64,000 bases of DNA, taken from positions 1 to 64,000 of the IMG/VR virus record IMGVR_UViG_3300008259_005066. The stretch is one strand, 5' to 3'. This document shows positions 7,686 through 17,279 of this stretch, in pieces. The position numbers were made by a program, and so were the translations under genes. Within the stretch, counting starts at the first letter, position 1; each line of letters begins with the position of its first letter. The notes beneath the pieces were generated by a model. The model saw nothing but the letters and a program-made list of their open reading frames with translations, had not been told where the DNA came from and did not search any database.

Positions 7686-9206
7686 TTATTTCATTGGGTC
7701 AATGATGGTGTTCCAATTTGAACGGGTATGGATCAAGCGCATTCCGCTGTTGTCCATCCTCATGCGCCAGCCCAGCATTTGCAGATCTCTGCGCAGTGGA
7801 GCCAACATAGGACCAGGATCCTGTATCTTTTCGTCTTTGGCTATGTCTACTATTTTGAAGGCCAATTGTTTGGCTTGCTCATAGCCCTCGGGCGGAGTGG
7901 CCGAGGGCGGAAACGGAACCACATCACCTTCTTCGATATAGTCGGGAGATTCTTCCACAGGCATCCTCATCCGGATTTTTTCTGCGAGATTGAGTTGGCT
8001 CATGTCAACTTCTCGGCCACGTGCTATGGGTCTGCGACCTTGTTTCTGCATGAAACGCTCGTATTCTGCCAAGGCGTCAACCAAGCTCTTGACCACGCCA
8101 CCTTTGTAAAGTGCATATTGCAGTCCAGAGTAGTTTTTGCCTTTGACCATGTTGACCATGTCGGCAAACTTACGGGCGAGATTGTTGACCATGCTGGCCT
8201 CGTCCCAGGTGCCCATGCCACCGTCAGGTATGATCTGATGGCCAGCGTCTGGATCATTTACCAGCACTGCTTCAGTGGTTGGTGCAGGGTGGGTCTTGAT
8301 CCATTGTGCTATCTGAGATTTCACGTTTGGTGGAATCAGACTAGAATCAAGAGTGAATACATTGTCCGAATCCATTTTGCGACTAACATCAGTCACACGA
8401 TCATTGAGTTTAAGAGTCACAGCCTCTTGCGGTGGCACCCAGCGAATTTTGGAATTAGTGACCAGAGGGTTGCCTGGCTGACCAAATCTATCAGTCACAC
8501 GATATCCTATGTCAATAAACTGATCATTGCCCATTTTGATATAGTCTGTGCGTTTATTGAAAAGATCTAGTTCATTGAGTTGTTCCTCATTGACGTCTTT
8601 CCCGACGCCCATCACTGTGTCTAGTATTTCCACGATCTTGGCTATCTTTGCTTGATTGTCGGCTGCCAAGGGATACAGCACACCAGCCAGAGCGGCTTTT
8701 TGTTTGGGATCCATGCCGGGCCATTTGGCACGGATTTCAGTGGCTGACGTCATGCCCGGACCAAACTGCACAGTGGGCAGATAAGTCATGTAAGCATGAT
8801 CTTTCATGGGTTCGAGACCGTTGCGACGGTAGGGCTGTAAATAAGGGCTCAGTCCTTTACGAGGACCACGTGTGATTATCTGTCCAGGCTGGCCTGGCTG
8901 AGGATTCTGATCGCGATCTTTGTCTGAACGAACAAAAATCAACTGTGTTTCGTTGGGATCAAAATGTTGGGTTATTTCTTCTGCGCTGAAAGGTGATTTT
9001 ACCTGGATGAATCTGTTGCTGGGGATGCCGGCTTGCTGTGCCAGGAACTTCTTGGTCTTGAATGGAAATGGACGACCAGTGGTATCGTCTGTGGCCGCCA
9101 CATACACTTCGGCCGAAGGAAACGCTTCACGTGCGGCATCATACAAGGCTTTGTGCCCGGCATGATAAGGGTGGAATCCACCTGGTATGATCACTAATTT
9201 TTTCAT
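7686..9206 (-). CDS. Cytidyltransferase-like (HIGH-motif) protein with C-terminal extra modules
   Basis: GGFHPYHAGH (HxGH) and a distal SATEIR (KMSKS-like) motif within residues 1-200. Confidence 0.75.
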   Translation of the reverse strand: MKKLVIIPGGFHPYHAGHKALYDAAREAFPSAEVYVAATDDTTGRPFPFKTKKFLAQQAGIPSNRFIQVKSPFSAEEITQHFDPNETQLIFVRSDKDRDQNPQPGQPGQIITRGPRKGLSPYLQPYRRNGLEPMKDHAYMTYLPTVQFGPGMTSATEIRAKWPGMDPKQKAALAGVLYPLAADNQAKIAKIVEILDTVMGVGKDVNEEQLNELDLFNKRTDYIKMGNDQFIDIGYRVTDRFGQPGNPLVTNSKIRWVPPQEAVTLKLNDRVTDVSRKMDSDNVFTLDSSLIPPNVKSQIAQWIKTHPAPTTEAVLVNDPDAGHQIIPDGGMGTWDEASMVNNLARKFADMVNMVKGKNYSGLQYALYKGGVVKSLVDALAEYERFMQKQGRRPIARGREVDMSQLNLAEKIRMRMPVEESPDYIEEGDVVPFPPSATPPEGYEQAKQLAFKIVDIAKDEKIQDPGPMLAPLRRDLQMLGWRMRMDNSGMRLIHTRSNWNTIIDPMK

Positions 9207-9211
9207 ACCAG

Positions 9212-9219
9212 TATTTATA
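9212..9219 (-). promoter_or_regulatory. T4-type late promoter
   Basis: TATAAATA, 5 nt upstream of the ATG at 9206. Confidence 0.65.
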
Positions 9220-9222
9220 GTA

Positions 9223-9657
9223 TCACATGTTCTCTAGCAACCAGAGATAAACTGGCGCTGAAAATTTCATTTGCACATGCCCGTTACAGCCAAGGTCTCC
9301 AAAGAAATCATGCACAGCAATGGTTTTACTATTGTTGCCATCATGCACATAGTCGGCCAACGAATGCATCATGGTGTCAATGTTGATTTCATCCAAACAA
9401 ACATTGCTGACATTGATTAGGGCATCGCTGACAATATTTCCGTGTTCGTCGATGTGCGTATTTTCATGAGTCTTGTTCTTGAGCACGATTTTCAACCAAT
9501 GATCTCCATCCGCACACTCAAACTCATGTATGACATGATGACGACCAGGCGACACTGTGTTATCAAAAAATTTGTCACGGTCTATCCATAATTCTATACC
9601 CATATTATGATATTCAGAGGCATTGATTACATCCAGGCTAATTTTGATACGATCCAT
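9223..9657 (-). CDS. Hypothetical protein (resembles 61724..62191)
   Basis: Clean ORF. C-terminal LGCNG...F-x-x-PV-x-x-W is shared with LGWNG...F-x-x-PV-x-x-W of 61724..62191. Confidence 0.6.
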   Translation of the reverse strand: MDRIKISLDVINASEYHNMGIELWIDRDKFFDNTVSPGRHHVIHEFECADGDHWLKIVLKNKTHENTHIDEHGNIVSDALINVSNVCLDEINIDTMMHSLADYVHDGNNSKTIAVHDFFGDLGCNGHVQMKFSAPVYLWLLENM

Positions 9658-9660
9658 GAT

Positions 9661-10032
9661 TTAGTATGTGAGCAATACGCTGTTGATAGTGCCGCCTAGG
9701 AAGCCAGTGACCGTGGCTCGCATCCAGGCGAAATTGCCCGTGATGGCCACGCTCACTGTGGCAGACGTGGCCGCTGAATCGTCGGGGAATGTATAGACGT
9801 CGAACCATTCGGCATTCTGCGTGGGATCTGCATCCAGCGAACCCTGGATCTTGATGTCACCTATGAAATCGTTAACATCAAACAGCACGCTCTGTGTGCC
9901 CGATGCCCTGCGATAATAGGCCACGGCTTTCTGTCGATCGCCTGCAAAGTCCGTGTCGGAACTGCCATCATAGTTGCCAGATGGTGTGCCATAGATAGTC
10001 AACGGAAGTAGCACTAGATCTTCGGTTTTCAT
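9661..10032 (-). CDS. Hypothetical beta-rich, possibly virion-associated protein
   Basis: Tightly packed ORF; T/S/G-rich composition. Confidence 0.55.
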   Translation of the reverse strand: MKTEDLVLLPLTIYGTPSGNYDGSSDTDFAGDRQKAVAYYRRASGTQSVLFDVNDFIGDIKIQGSLDADPTQNAEWFDVYTFPDDSAATSATVSVAITGNFAWMRATVTGFLGGTINSVLLTY

Positions 10033-10193
10033 TCGGTAGCGATTTCTACCAATACATTGGATCCAGCAAGCTCTTGGATTACCTGTTCGAGACTGGCCAC
10101 GGTTTCAGCGCCCATTATGGGTTGTGCCTGTTCTGTGTCCTTGAGCAATTTGCTTACTTTGACTACGATGATTTCTTCGTGTAATTTTGCCAT
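10029..10193 (-). CDS. 54-aa hypothetical protein (missing from the ORF track)
   Basis: MAKLHEEIIVVKVSKLL...EIATE*; fills the gap, ATGA overlap downstream, TAAATA upstream. Confidence 0.7.
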   Translation of the reverse strand: MAKLHEEIIVVKVSKLLKDTEQAQPIMGAETVASLEQVIQELAGSNVLVEIATE

Positions 10194-10199
10194 GGTTTT

Positions 10200-10895
10200 T
10201 TATTTATCGCGTATGAGTTTGACTGTTTTCCTTGTGATACGAGGTAACAACAGGCTCAGCATAGTAACTATGCCCATGCCATCATGATCAATGAAAAAGT
10301 TTTCACTGACATAATAGTGTTTTTGATCCTGTTCAATAAACTGCGCCAGACCCGGTCCCAATCGTATGCTTTCTTGCTTGATCAAGAAGTCCACTAGATT
10401 GTGGCGTTGAGGTTCATCCAGACGCTGTGCCCGGAAATAGGACCGGAACTCGTGCTGGCTGTTCTGGATCCTCAGCGTGTCTCTGGGGCGATCCAACACA
10501 CTGCGTTTCACGCTCACTGCATGCACATAAGGCAACTGTTCTATGGTGCGGATCAGGCCCAGATCGCTGGTGTAAACATATCCCCAATCACCTGACACTG
10601 TGATTTTGTAATTCTGTTGTGCCTGCAGGAAATCCAACATGGCATGGCAATTGGCTCGCTGTTCTTCGGTGATCTGACCCCGGCGGCTGGCCCAAGATCC
10701 ACCAAAGTTCGGACTGCGTTGCCGCCAGTCATTGCGATGGTTGATCATGCGATCGATGCGGTCATGCTCCATCTCTCGCACACAACTCATCTCGTCCATG
10801 CGGAAAGCCAAACAATACTCATAGAGATCGAAATAAGATCTATCTCTACGATGTATTTTAATGGTCAAAGGGCTAGTCGACTTGTATGATACCAT
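10200..10895 (-). CDS. Hypothetical protein
   Basis: Start moved to MVSYKS to limit overlap with clpA; start is uncertain. Confidence 0.6.
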   Translation of the reverse strand: MVSYKSTSPLTIKIHRRDRSYFDLYEYCLAFRMDEMSCVREMEHDRIDRMINHRNDWRQRSPNFGGSWASRRGQITEEQRANCHAMLDFLQAQQNYKITVSGDWGYVYTSDLGLIRTIEQLPYVHAVSVKRSVLDRPRDTLRIQNSQHEFRSYFRAQRLDEPQRHNLVDFLIKQESIRLGPGLAQFIEQDQKHYYVSENFFIDHDGMGIVTMLSLLLPRITRKTVKLIRDK

Positions 10896-13082
10896 CGGCG
10901 TCCACGGTTCCTGTGCTGGGTATTGGGTTGAGATCGCTGAAAGCCACTGTGCCATCGCGATAGTCTGCTGTGATTTCGCAGTCCTGCAAGCGATCAAACA
11001 GGATCTTGCGGCTCAATGGCACGCGGATCAGTTCGTCGATTTTGCGACCCAACGGCCTCGCACCCATCTTGGGATCATAGCCAACGTCTGCTAGATGCTC
11101 CACCATGGCTTCTGTCAGCGTGAGTCTGATGTTGCGATCCACTAGACTGCGTTTGAGTTCGTCTACGAACTTGATGACCACTTTCTTGATACTCAGCGGA
11201 TCCAGTTTGTTGAATTTGCAGATGAGATCCAAGCGATTGCGCAGTTCCGGGCGGAAGTAATCTTTCACAGCGCGATCTTCTTCGCCGGTCTTCTCGAGGC
11301 TCTGGCCAAACCCGATTGTGTTATTTTCATTGTCTCGAGCACCTAGATTTGACGTCATGATGATGATGCAGTTCTTGACGTCCACGGTCTTGCCATTGCT
11401 TCCAGTGATGGTGCCTTCGTCCATCATCTGCAGGAAGATGTTGGCTATGTCTGGGTGGGCTTTTTCCACTTCATCGAACAACAGCACTGAGAATGGATGT
11501 TTAGAAAGATCATTGATCAGTTTGCCCCCGGCCAGTTGGCTGTCATCATAGCCCACATAGCCCGGAGGTGCTCCCAGCAGTGAACTCACGGTGTGTCGAT
11601 CTTGATATTCGCTCATGTCGTATCTCAACAGTTTCATGTCGAGATTGTCGGCCAACAGCCGTGCCAGTTCTGTTTTACCTGTGCCAGTGGGGCCCAGGAA
11701 AAGGAAACTGCCCACTGGCCTGCGACCTGATGCGATACCAGCGAAGTTCACATAGATACGTTCCAACACTTGATCCACCACATGATCCTGACCGTAAAGT
11801 TTTTGCTTGATGTTGCTGTCTAGTTCGGTCACTCGGGTGTTTACATCATTCTTCACACGTTCGGGTGGAATATTGGCCACACGGCCCACTTGATCCTGGA
11901 TCAAATCTGCGGTGATCACCACATCATCAAGATCTTTGATGCGTTCTCGGGCACAGGCCGCATCTACTAGATCTATGCTCTTGTCAGGATTTTTGCGATC
12001 AGTGATATAACGACTGGCCAGTTCCACTGCTTTGGTGATGGCATCTGCGTTGATTTTGACCCGATGGAATTCTTCCATGCGAGGTTGCAATCCTGTCAGT
12101 ATGCGTATAATGCGCGATCTTTTTCAAACGACTCATAGTATTCTTCCCAAGTGGTTGATGCTATGACTTTGAGCAAGCCCTTGGTTATGGCCGGCTTGAT
12201 CATGTTGGCAAAGTCTAGACTGGATCCAGACCCTGCACCAGCACCGCGCATGGTGTGCGCTTCATCTATGAACAGTATGACATTTTTCTTATGTTCCAAG
12301 GCCATGAGCACGGCCTTGAGTTTTTCTTCGAACTCGCCGCGATATTTGCTTCCTGCCAGCAATGAGCCAATCTCCAGGCTCCAGACTTCATGATCCTTTA
12401 GGAATTCTGGCACTGTGCCGTTGTATATCAGCGTGGCCAGGCCCTCGGCGATGGCAGTCTTGCCCACTCCGGGATCTCCTACCATGAGCACGTTTGACTT
12501 AAACTTTTTGGCCAATACCGTGATGATTTCATTGAGTTCTGTGGATCGCCCGATCAAGGGCTCCAGTTTATCCTCTCTCGCCCGCTGGCTGAAATTGATA
12601 CAGTGTTCGGTGAGGATTTCGTTGGCCTGATCATCACTGATCACTCCGTCCTTGGTAGTGTAGTTGGCTTGCCAAAATTCGATGAACTCTTTCTTTTCCA
12701 GCCCGTGCTTGAGGAAATAATAGTGTGCATGGCTGTTTGACTCGTTCATGATGGCCAACCATAGATCTATAGTGGTCACTTGCCTGCGGCCTGTGAACAA
12801 CACCTGGGTGAGCGCACGATTGAACACACGTTCCAATCCATTGGTTTTCTTGGGATCTTCGTCGCGATTCATACGCAGGCTGACCATGCTGTCGATATAA
12901 CTTTCAAGGTCTTGATCGAGATGATCCACAGGCGTGCCAAACTTGACGATGACCTGCGTGAAAGGCTGATGCCTTACCAAGGCCAAGGCCAGGTGTTCCA
13001 GCGTGACATATTCGTGTCGCTTTACGCGGGCCAGTTTTTGCGCCTGGGCTAATATTTGTTCAATTTCAGGATTCTGTTGCAT
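10873..13082 (-). pseudogene. clpA: ClpA-like AAA+ chaperone split by a frameshifting deletion near 12105
   Basis: Clp N-domain, D1 Walker A GDPGVGKT and Walker B LFIDEAH, D2 GPTGTGKT, LLFDEVEKAH and GARPL. KDRAL joins IRILTGL in another frame; the RRF-containing segment is absent. Confidence 0.9.
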
Positions 13083-13512
13083 TCTGTTCCTTGGCTCGAT
13101 CATGCATGGTTATTCCTTGTAGATGATCCAACTCGTGTTGGAAACATCTGGCTTCAAGTCCCGAAAGATCTGCTTCGACCCAATCACCGAAATGATTTTG
13201 GTATCTCGCCCTGATCGCATCGGGTCTTTTAAGTATACATGAGTCTCCGGGAAAACTCAAGCATCCTTCCTCAAATTCGGCAAACACATCACTGCTAGAC
13301 ACTATGACAGGATTAAAGCACGCCCGATCGTGTCCGTCAACGCTCATCACAAACAATCGTTTGGAAAGGCCAATCTGTGGAGCTGCCAATCCTATGCCAT
13401 TTTGCAAGCGCATCAACCCAAACATCTGGGTGGCCAGATCATGATTGCGGACAGGATACTGGAAATCTACAGGCTTGGCTTGATTGTGTAAAACCCTGCG
13501 TGTCAACTTCAT
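13066..13512 (-). CDS. def: Peptide deformylase
   Basis: GIGLAAPQIG, EGCLS and QHELDHL motifs; ATG follows TAAATA. Confidence 0.95.
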   Translation of the reverse strand: MKLTRRVLHNQAKPVDFQYPVRNHDLATQMFGLMRLQNGIGLAAPQIGLSKRLFVMSVDGHDRACFNPVIVSSSDVFAEFEEGCLSFPGDSCILKRPDAIRARYQNHFGDWVEADLSGLEARCFQHELDHLQGITMHDRAKEQNATES

Positions 13513-13516
13513 AAAA

Positions 13517-14215
13517 TTATTTATTGGTGTGTTTTTCCAGTATAGCGATGATTTCTTCGGGTATGTTACCGGGCATTTCGGCACGCAATCTCACTATCAA
13601 ATCGCCGGTGGTGTGTCCTTCTCGCACGACTCCGCGTCCTCGCGCTCGTAACATAGTTCCGGGACGTGTGCGTGGTGGTATGGCCAAACTCAACACACGA
13701 CCTTGTAGATCTGTGATCTCTAGATTATGACCCAGGATCAATTGCCAGAAATCCACACCTCGTTCGGTATAAAGATCTTGTCCATCTCGCTGCCAGCCGG
13801 GGTGCCCATGCACACGATAGTTGACAATGAGATCTTGACCACCCGGGCCCAAGCCCGGATAACGCACATTTTCATTGTCATTGATCCCCGGTGGTATGGT
13901 TATTTCCAAGGCCTGTGTGCCTGTTTGGGTGTGCATGCTCACAGTGCGAGGTCCACCAACCACAGCAGTCTCCAATGAAATCCAGATACTGATGCGCTGA
14001 TTGCGCGGTGCTTGTTGGCCACGTGGATTCATCCTTGCACCGAACATCTCAAATATGGTATCAAAGTTGAAAGGTCCACCACCGCCGCCGTGGAAAGGAT
14101 TGCCGTTGACGTTGATACGCACCTGAGGATTGTCATAGTGCTGGCGCTTGGTGGCATCGCCCAAGGTATCATAGGCTTCATTGATTTCTTTGAATTTTTT
14201 CTCATCACCACCGCC
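13517..14215 (-). pseudogene. dnaJ: DnaJ/CbpA-like co-chaperone lacking start codon, helices I-II and the HPD motif
   Basis: GGDEKKFKEINEAYDTLGDATKRQHYD (J-domain helices III-IV), a G/F region and the C-terminal domain are present. An in-frame TAG lies just upstream. Confidence 0.8.
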
Positions 14216-14232
14216 GTGCTACCTTTTAGAAG

Positions 14233-14448
14233 CTATTTCTTTTCAGGAACTTTGGTTCCTTCGTGCTTTTGATGTGCTTTGACTTCTCGGCAGTTCTGCT
14301 TGTTAGTGCCATCTTTGTTTTTGACCACTTTTCCATCTTTGTCCTTGACATCCACACAGACTTTGCGAGTCTCTGGTTTGGTATCAGCGGCGATCACCGG
14401 ATAAGATACTGCCAAGGCCAATCCCGCGGCGAATATGATATGTTTCAT
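14233..14448 (-). CDS. Small secreted protein with a Cys pair
   Basis: Signal peptide MKHIIFAAGLALAVSYPVIA, then a K-rich mature part with two Cys. Confidence 0.7.
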   Translation of the reverse strand: MKHIIFAAGLALAVSYPVIAADTKPETRKVCVDVKDKDGKVVKNKDGTNKQNCREVKAHQKHEGTKVPEKK

Positions 14449-14451
14449 TTT

Positions 14452-14571
14452 TTACCCTTTCTTGAATAGACCCACGATCCGGGCCTGTATAGTTTTAGCG
14501 AATTCGGGTTGAGGAAAGTTCCACCCTATAAACGCTCCCAATGCCAACCAAAATATAGTTTCCAGCATCAT
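14452..14571 (-). CDS. 39-aa membrane peptide in the lysis region (missing from the ORF track)
   Basis: AGGAG RBS; MMLETIFWLALGAFIGWNFPQPEFAK... Confidence 0.65.
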   Translation of the reverse strand: MMLETIFWLALGAFIGWNFPQPEFAKTIQARIVGLFKKG

Positions 14572-14587
14572 ACTTCTCCTTTAAATT

Positions 14588-14917
14588 TTAACTTTTAGAT
14601 TCTTTGTCTTTTTGCATGTAATTGTCAAACAATGCATTGGCCACCCAGGCACCCATGTATCCAACAAAATACCATTCTGAAAAACGCTGATCCACTATGA
14701 GGTAGACAAAACCCCATGTGCTGACCACCCAGGCGCCCAGGCGTGTGAATTTCTTTTCATCGATCTTTCCATCGGTGCAGAATAGATCTTTGATATCTAC
14801 ATTGTTTGAACTGTCTCTTTGATACACCCACAAGATGATCAGGAGGAAGATAAAACACAGGGCCAACACCAGGCTCATGCTGATCTTGGTCTCCATCAGC
14901 ATCATGATGTCCATCAT
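14588..14917 (-). CDS. Putative holin
   Basis: Small protein with 2-3 hydrophobic segments and a charged C-terminus, next to spanin and endolysin. Confidence 0.55.
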   Translation of the reverse strand: MMDIMMLMETKISMSLVLALCFIFLLIILWVYQRDSSNNVDIKDLFCTDGKIDEKKFTRLGAWVVSTWGFVYLIVDQRFSEWYFVGYMGAWVANALFDNYMQKDKESKS

Positions 14918-15522
14918 CGTATGGACTCCCAGATTCGTTTCTGATCTCTATACCACTGCTGCCATGCTTCTAATCTCGCCGCGTTGTCGTGGCAGGAGCC
15001 GTAGTTTTCGACGACTGTGGTAAGGAGCTGACTGGCTTTAACTTCACTGGGGGTTCCATCAGTTCCTTCGGCACGTCCGGCCACTTCATTTTGACTGGCG
15101 CGGTCATGCACGCTGACAGCACTACGGGGCAAGCGGCAAGTAGCATCAATCTGCCCACCAGTGACTTCCTTGATGATTTCTCTGTTGACATACACAGTTT
15201 CCTTTATGACTTTGGCTTTTTTCTTTACTTCTTCAGCCAGTTGCTCGTTGGCTTCTCGGCTTTGTTGTTCTGCGACTCGCACTTTTTCTCGATATTCAGC
15301 AATCATTTCTCTATAGGCCACACCACCGTAGAAATAAGCGCCAACTACCAAGACCGCTACACCTATCAGCTCCACTGGTAGTTTGTAAGTGCTGATCACG
15401 GGCAACCACAACAGAACCTTGCTGGCCACGTAGGCACCAAGGCCTGCAGCCAGCATGGCATAGGTGATCCAAACAAAGATGCTGTCTGGAATCAACTGTA
15501 GCATCATCTGGATGCTAAACAT
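14914..15522 (-). CDS. Rz-like inner-membrane spanin
   Basis: N-terminal TM segments and a coiled coil, directly downstream of the endolysin; contains a nested lipoprotein ORF. Confidence 0.7.
   Translation of the reverse strand: MFSIQMMLQLIPDSIFVWITYAMLAAGLGAYVASKVLLWLPVISTYKLPVELIGVAVLVVGAYFYGGVAYREMIAEYREKVRVAEQQSREANEQLAEEVKKKAKVIKETVYVNREIIKEVTGGQIDATCRLPRSAVSVHDRASQNEVAGRAEGTDGTPSEVKASQLLTTVVENYGSCHDNAARLEAWQQWYRDQKRIWESIR
14970..15146 (-). CDS. Rz1-like outer-membrane lipoprotein spanin embedded in Rz
   Basis: MLLAACPVVLSAC with an LSAC lipobox and a Pro-rich mature part, in an alternative frame of the 3' half of Rz. Confidence 0.65.
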   Translation of the reverse strand: MLLAACPVVLSACMTAPVKMKWPDVPKELMEPPVKLKPVSSLPQSSKTTAPATTTRRD

Positions 15523-16142
15523 CAGTGAGCTCCCAGCACGTGGAGGGCATGCTCATAATGCTTTTTGCGGTCTTCGAGACCGATGGTTCCACCGTTGATG
15601 CGTTTGGTAAGAGTGAGGATGTCTCGCTTGTCTGCCCAATCGTTGAGTTTGTTTTGCTCCCAGAAGAAACAGGCACTTTGCACAGCACCTTCAAAGGTCT
15701 GCAGATATTCAGCGGCTTCTTCCACGGGTATGTCAAGACTGCCTGCAAAGAAAGCATAGTTGTCGTGCCCAGTGAGTTGGATCAGGCCGCGACCACGATA
15801 GCGCCATCCGTCTCCAGATGCTTCATCGCTGTTGCCCATTCTGTTAGCATATATCCTGTTGGCAATGCGTTCGGGCTGTTTTTCATAGGCTGCCGCGAGT
15901 TCATCAGTGGGGAAGTATTTGGGGAAAACTTTGCGCAGGCTAGCGGCTTTGTAGTTGAGGTTTTCTGTGAGGAACTTGAATCCACCCGATTCGTGTGCGC
16001 ACTGTGCGACAAAAGCGGCCACACGCTCGGCAGTATTGATGCCGTATTCTGGCAGTATGGCATTGAGTGCTTGGCACCACTGGTCTAGATAAGCATTGTT
16101 GCCTATGCATTCTTTGAGTTGATCGCGAGATATCACGGACAT
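15522..16142 (-). CDS. GH19 (chitinase-like) endolysin
   Basis: AAFVAQCAHESGGF, ENLNY and YRGRGLIQLTGHDNY. Confidence 0.9.
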   Translation of the reverse strand: MSVISRDQLKECIGNNAYLDQWCQALNAILPEYGINTAERVAAFVAQCAHESGGFKFLTENLNYKAASLRKVFPKYFPTDELAAAYEKQPERIANRIYANRMGNSDEASGDGWRYRGRGLIQLTGHDNYAFFAGSLDIPVEEAAEYLQTFEGAVQSACFFWEQNKLNDWADKRDILTLTKRINGGTIGLEDRKKHYEHALHVLGAH

Positions 16143-16169
16143 TGTTTTGCTCCTTGTGTCGGTATTTAG

Positions 16170-17279
16170 TTATTTTGTGGGCTCAAATAGCCAAGTATGG
16201 TCTTGTTTTCTCAAGACGTCTAGTTCTAGGTTCACACGTTGGGCAGTGGTCCATGCATCGGAGTCAAATTCATGCTGGATGATGTTGTTGCGCAGATCTA
16301 CCAGGACATCACGTGCAGAATCTACAAAATCCAGAGCCAACAAACAATCAAGATAGTCAATGGCCGCAGGACGCATATGATCTGGCCAGTTAATGGGAGA
16401 GAAGTATCTAGGATGGTTGCATATCTGTATGAACTGTGTGCGTCCGTTGGGACGATCGTTGAATTTCCGGACGATGTTGATAAATGCCAGCAAGGGTCCA
16501 AGTTGGAAAAAATTTAGTTGCGTTATCACTGTGCTGAAGTTCACACTGTGACCATGGTTGGCTAGATACAGGACGTTGCGCTCGATCTGCGACCAACTGG
16601 TGCCGTGGCGTATGATTTCTGCAGCTGGGCCCACAGCATCAAGACTCACAGTGAAATTAACATTGGGCATGGTGCTGGCGATTTCCAACCACCATGGATC
16701 ACGGAAGCTGCCATTGGTGATCATGATGATCTTGGTATCTAACTGCTCACGTCGTATACGATTGACTATTTCTTTTACTTCGGGCAATAAGGTAGGTTCA
16801 CCGCCGGTGAACATCAGTCTATCAATGGTCGATATGTTGTCCAAGATCCATTGTTTGTCTGACACTGTGGCGGTTTTTTCTGGCGGAATCTGATAGAGAG
16901 TTTGTAAGAATTCGCTCTGGCGCACATCTTGTGCGATACCGTTGGAAAAATAAGGTTCGCATGACCGGCATCGAAAGTTGCAGACGTTGCTGGAACGATA
17001 ATCCACATAATCTATATCAGTGTCTGACACAGGAGTGGAACCATAGTGTTGCAACGCTCCCAGTCTGGTGCCCACACCATGCTGTTGTTCGTTACGGATA
17101 CAGTCAGCACATCCAGAGTCTATGGATCCTGACAGGATGTTTTGTTGCAAATTCCTCAATCGATCACTGGACAACCACTGAGTCACAGTGATCGGAGCAG
17201 TCTCTGTGAAACTGCAACAAGGCTTGATACCTCGTGGCTCAATGAAAACATGTCGGAATGGCAAAGGACAATAACTCAT
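16170..17279 (-). CDS. Radical SAM protein with N-terminal SPASM/twitch-like Cys cluster
   Basis: CNFRCRSC (CxxxCxxC), FTGGEPT; N-terminal CP...PCC...C..C. Confidence 0.9.
   Translation of the reverse strand: MSYCPLPFRHVFIEPRGIKPCCSFTETAPITVTQWLSSDRLRNLQQNILSGSIDSGCADCIRNEQQHGVGTRLGALQHYGSTPVSDTDIDYVDYRSSNVCNFRCRSCEPYFSNGIAQDVRQSEFLQTLYQIPPEKTATVSDKQWILDNISTIDRLMFTGGEPTLLPEVKEIVNRIRREQLDTKIIMITNGSFRDPWWLEIASTMPNVNFTVSLDAVGPAAEIIRHGTSWSQIERNVLYLANHGHSVNFSTVITQLNFFQLGPLLAFINIVRKFNDRPNGRTQFIQICNHPRYFSPINWPDHMRPAAIDYLDCLLALDFVDSARDVLVDLRNNIIQHEFDSDAWTTAQRVNLELDVLRKQDHTWLFEPTK

Noticed and set aside
7728-8570. Long plus-strand ORFs such as 7728-8570, 27653-28315 and 1981-2514
   Set aside because: They are antisense shadows of well-supported minus-strand genes, with no RBS or recognisable motifs.
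12090-12125. Programmed frameshift or stop read-through in clpA
   Set aside because: There is no slippery site, and conserved residues including the RRF arginine finger are physically missing, so recoding could not restore the protein.
14914-15191. Rz/Rz1 overlap as another deletion-induced fusion
   Set aside because: Both frames give coherent products that fit the known embedded spanin architecture, with no evident missing segment.
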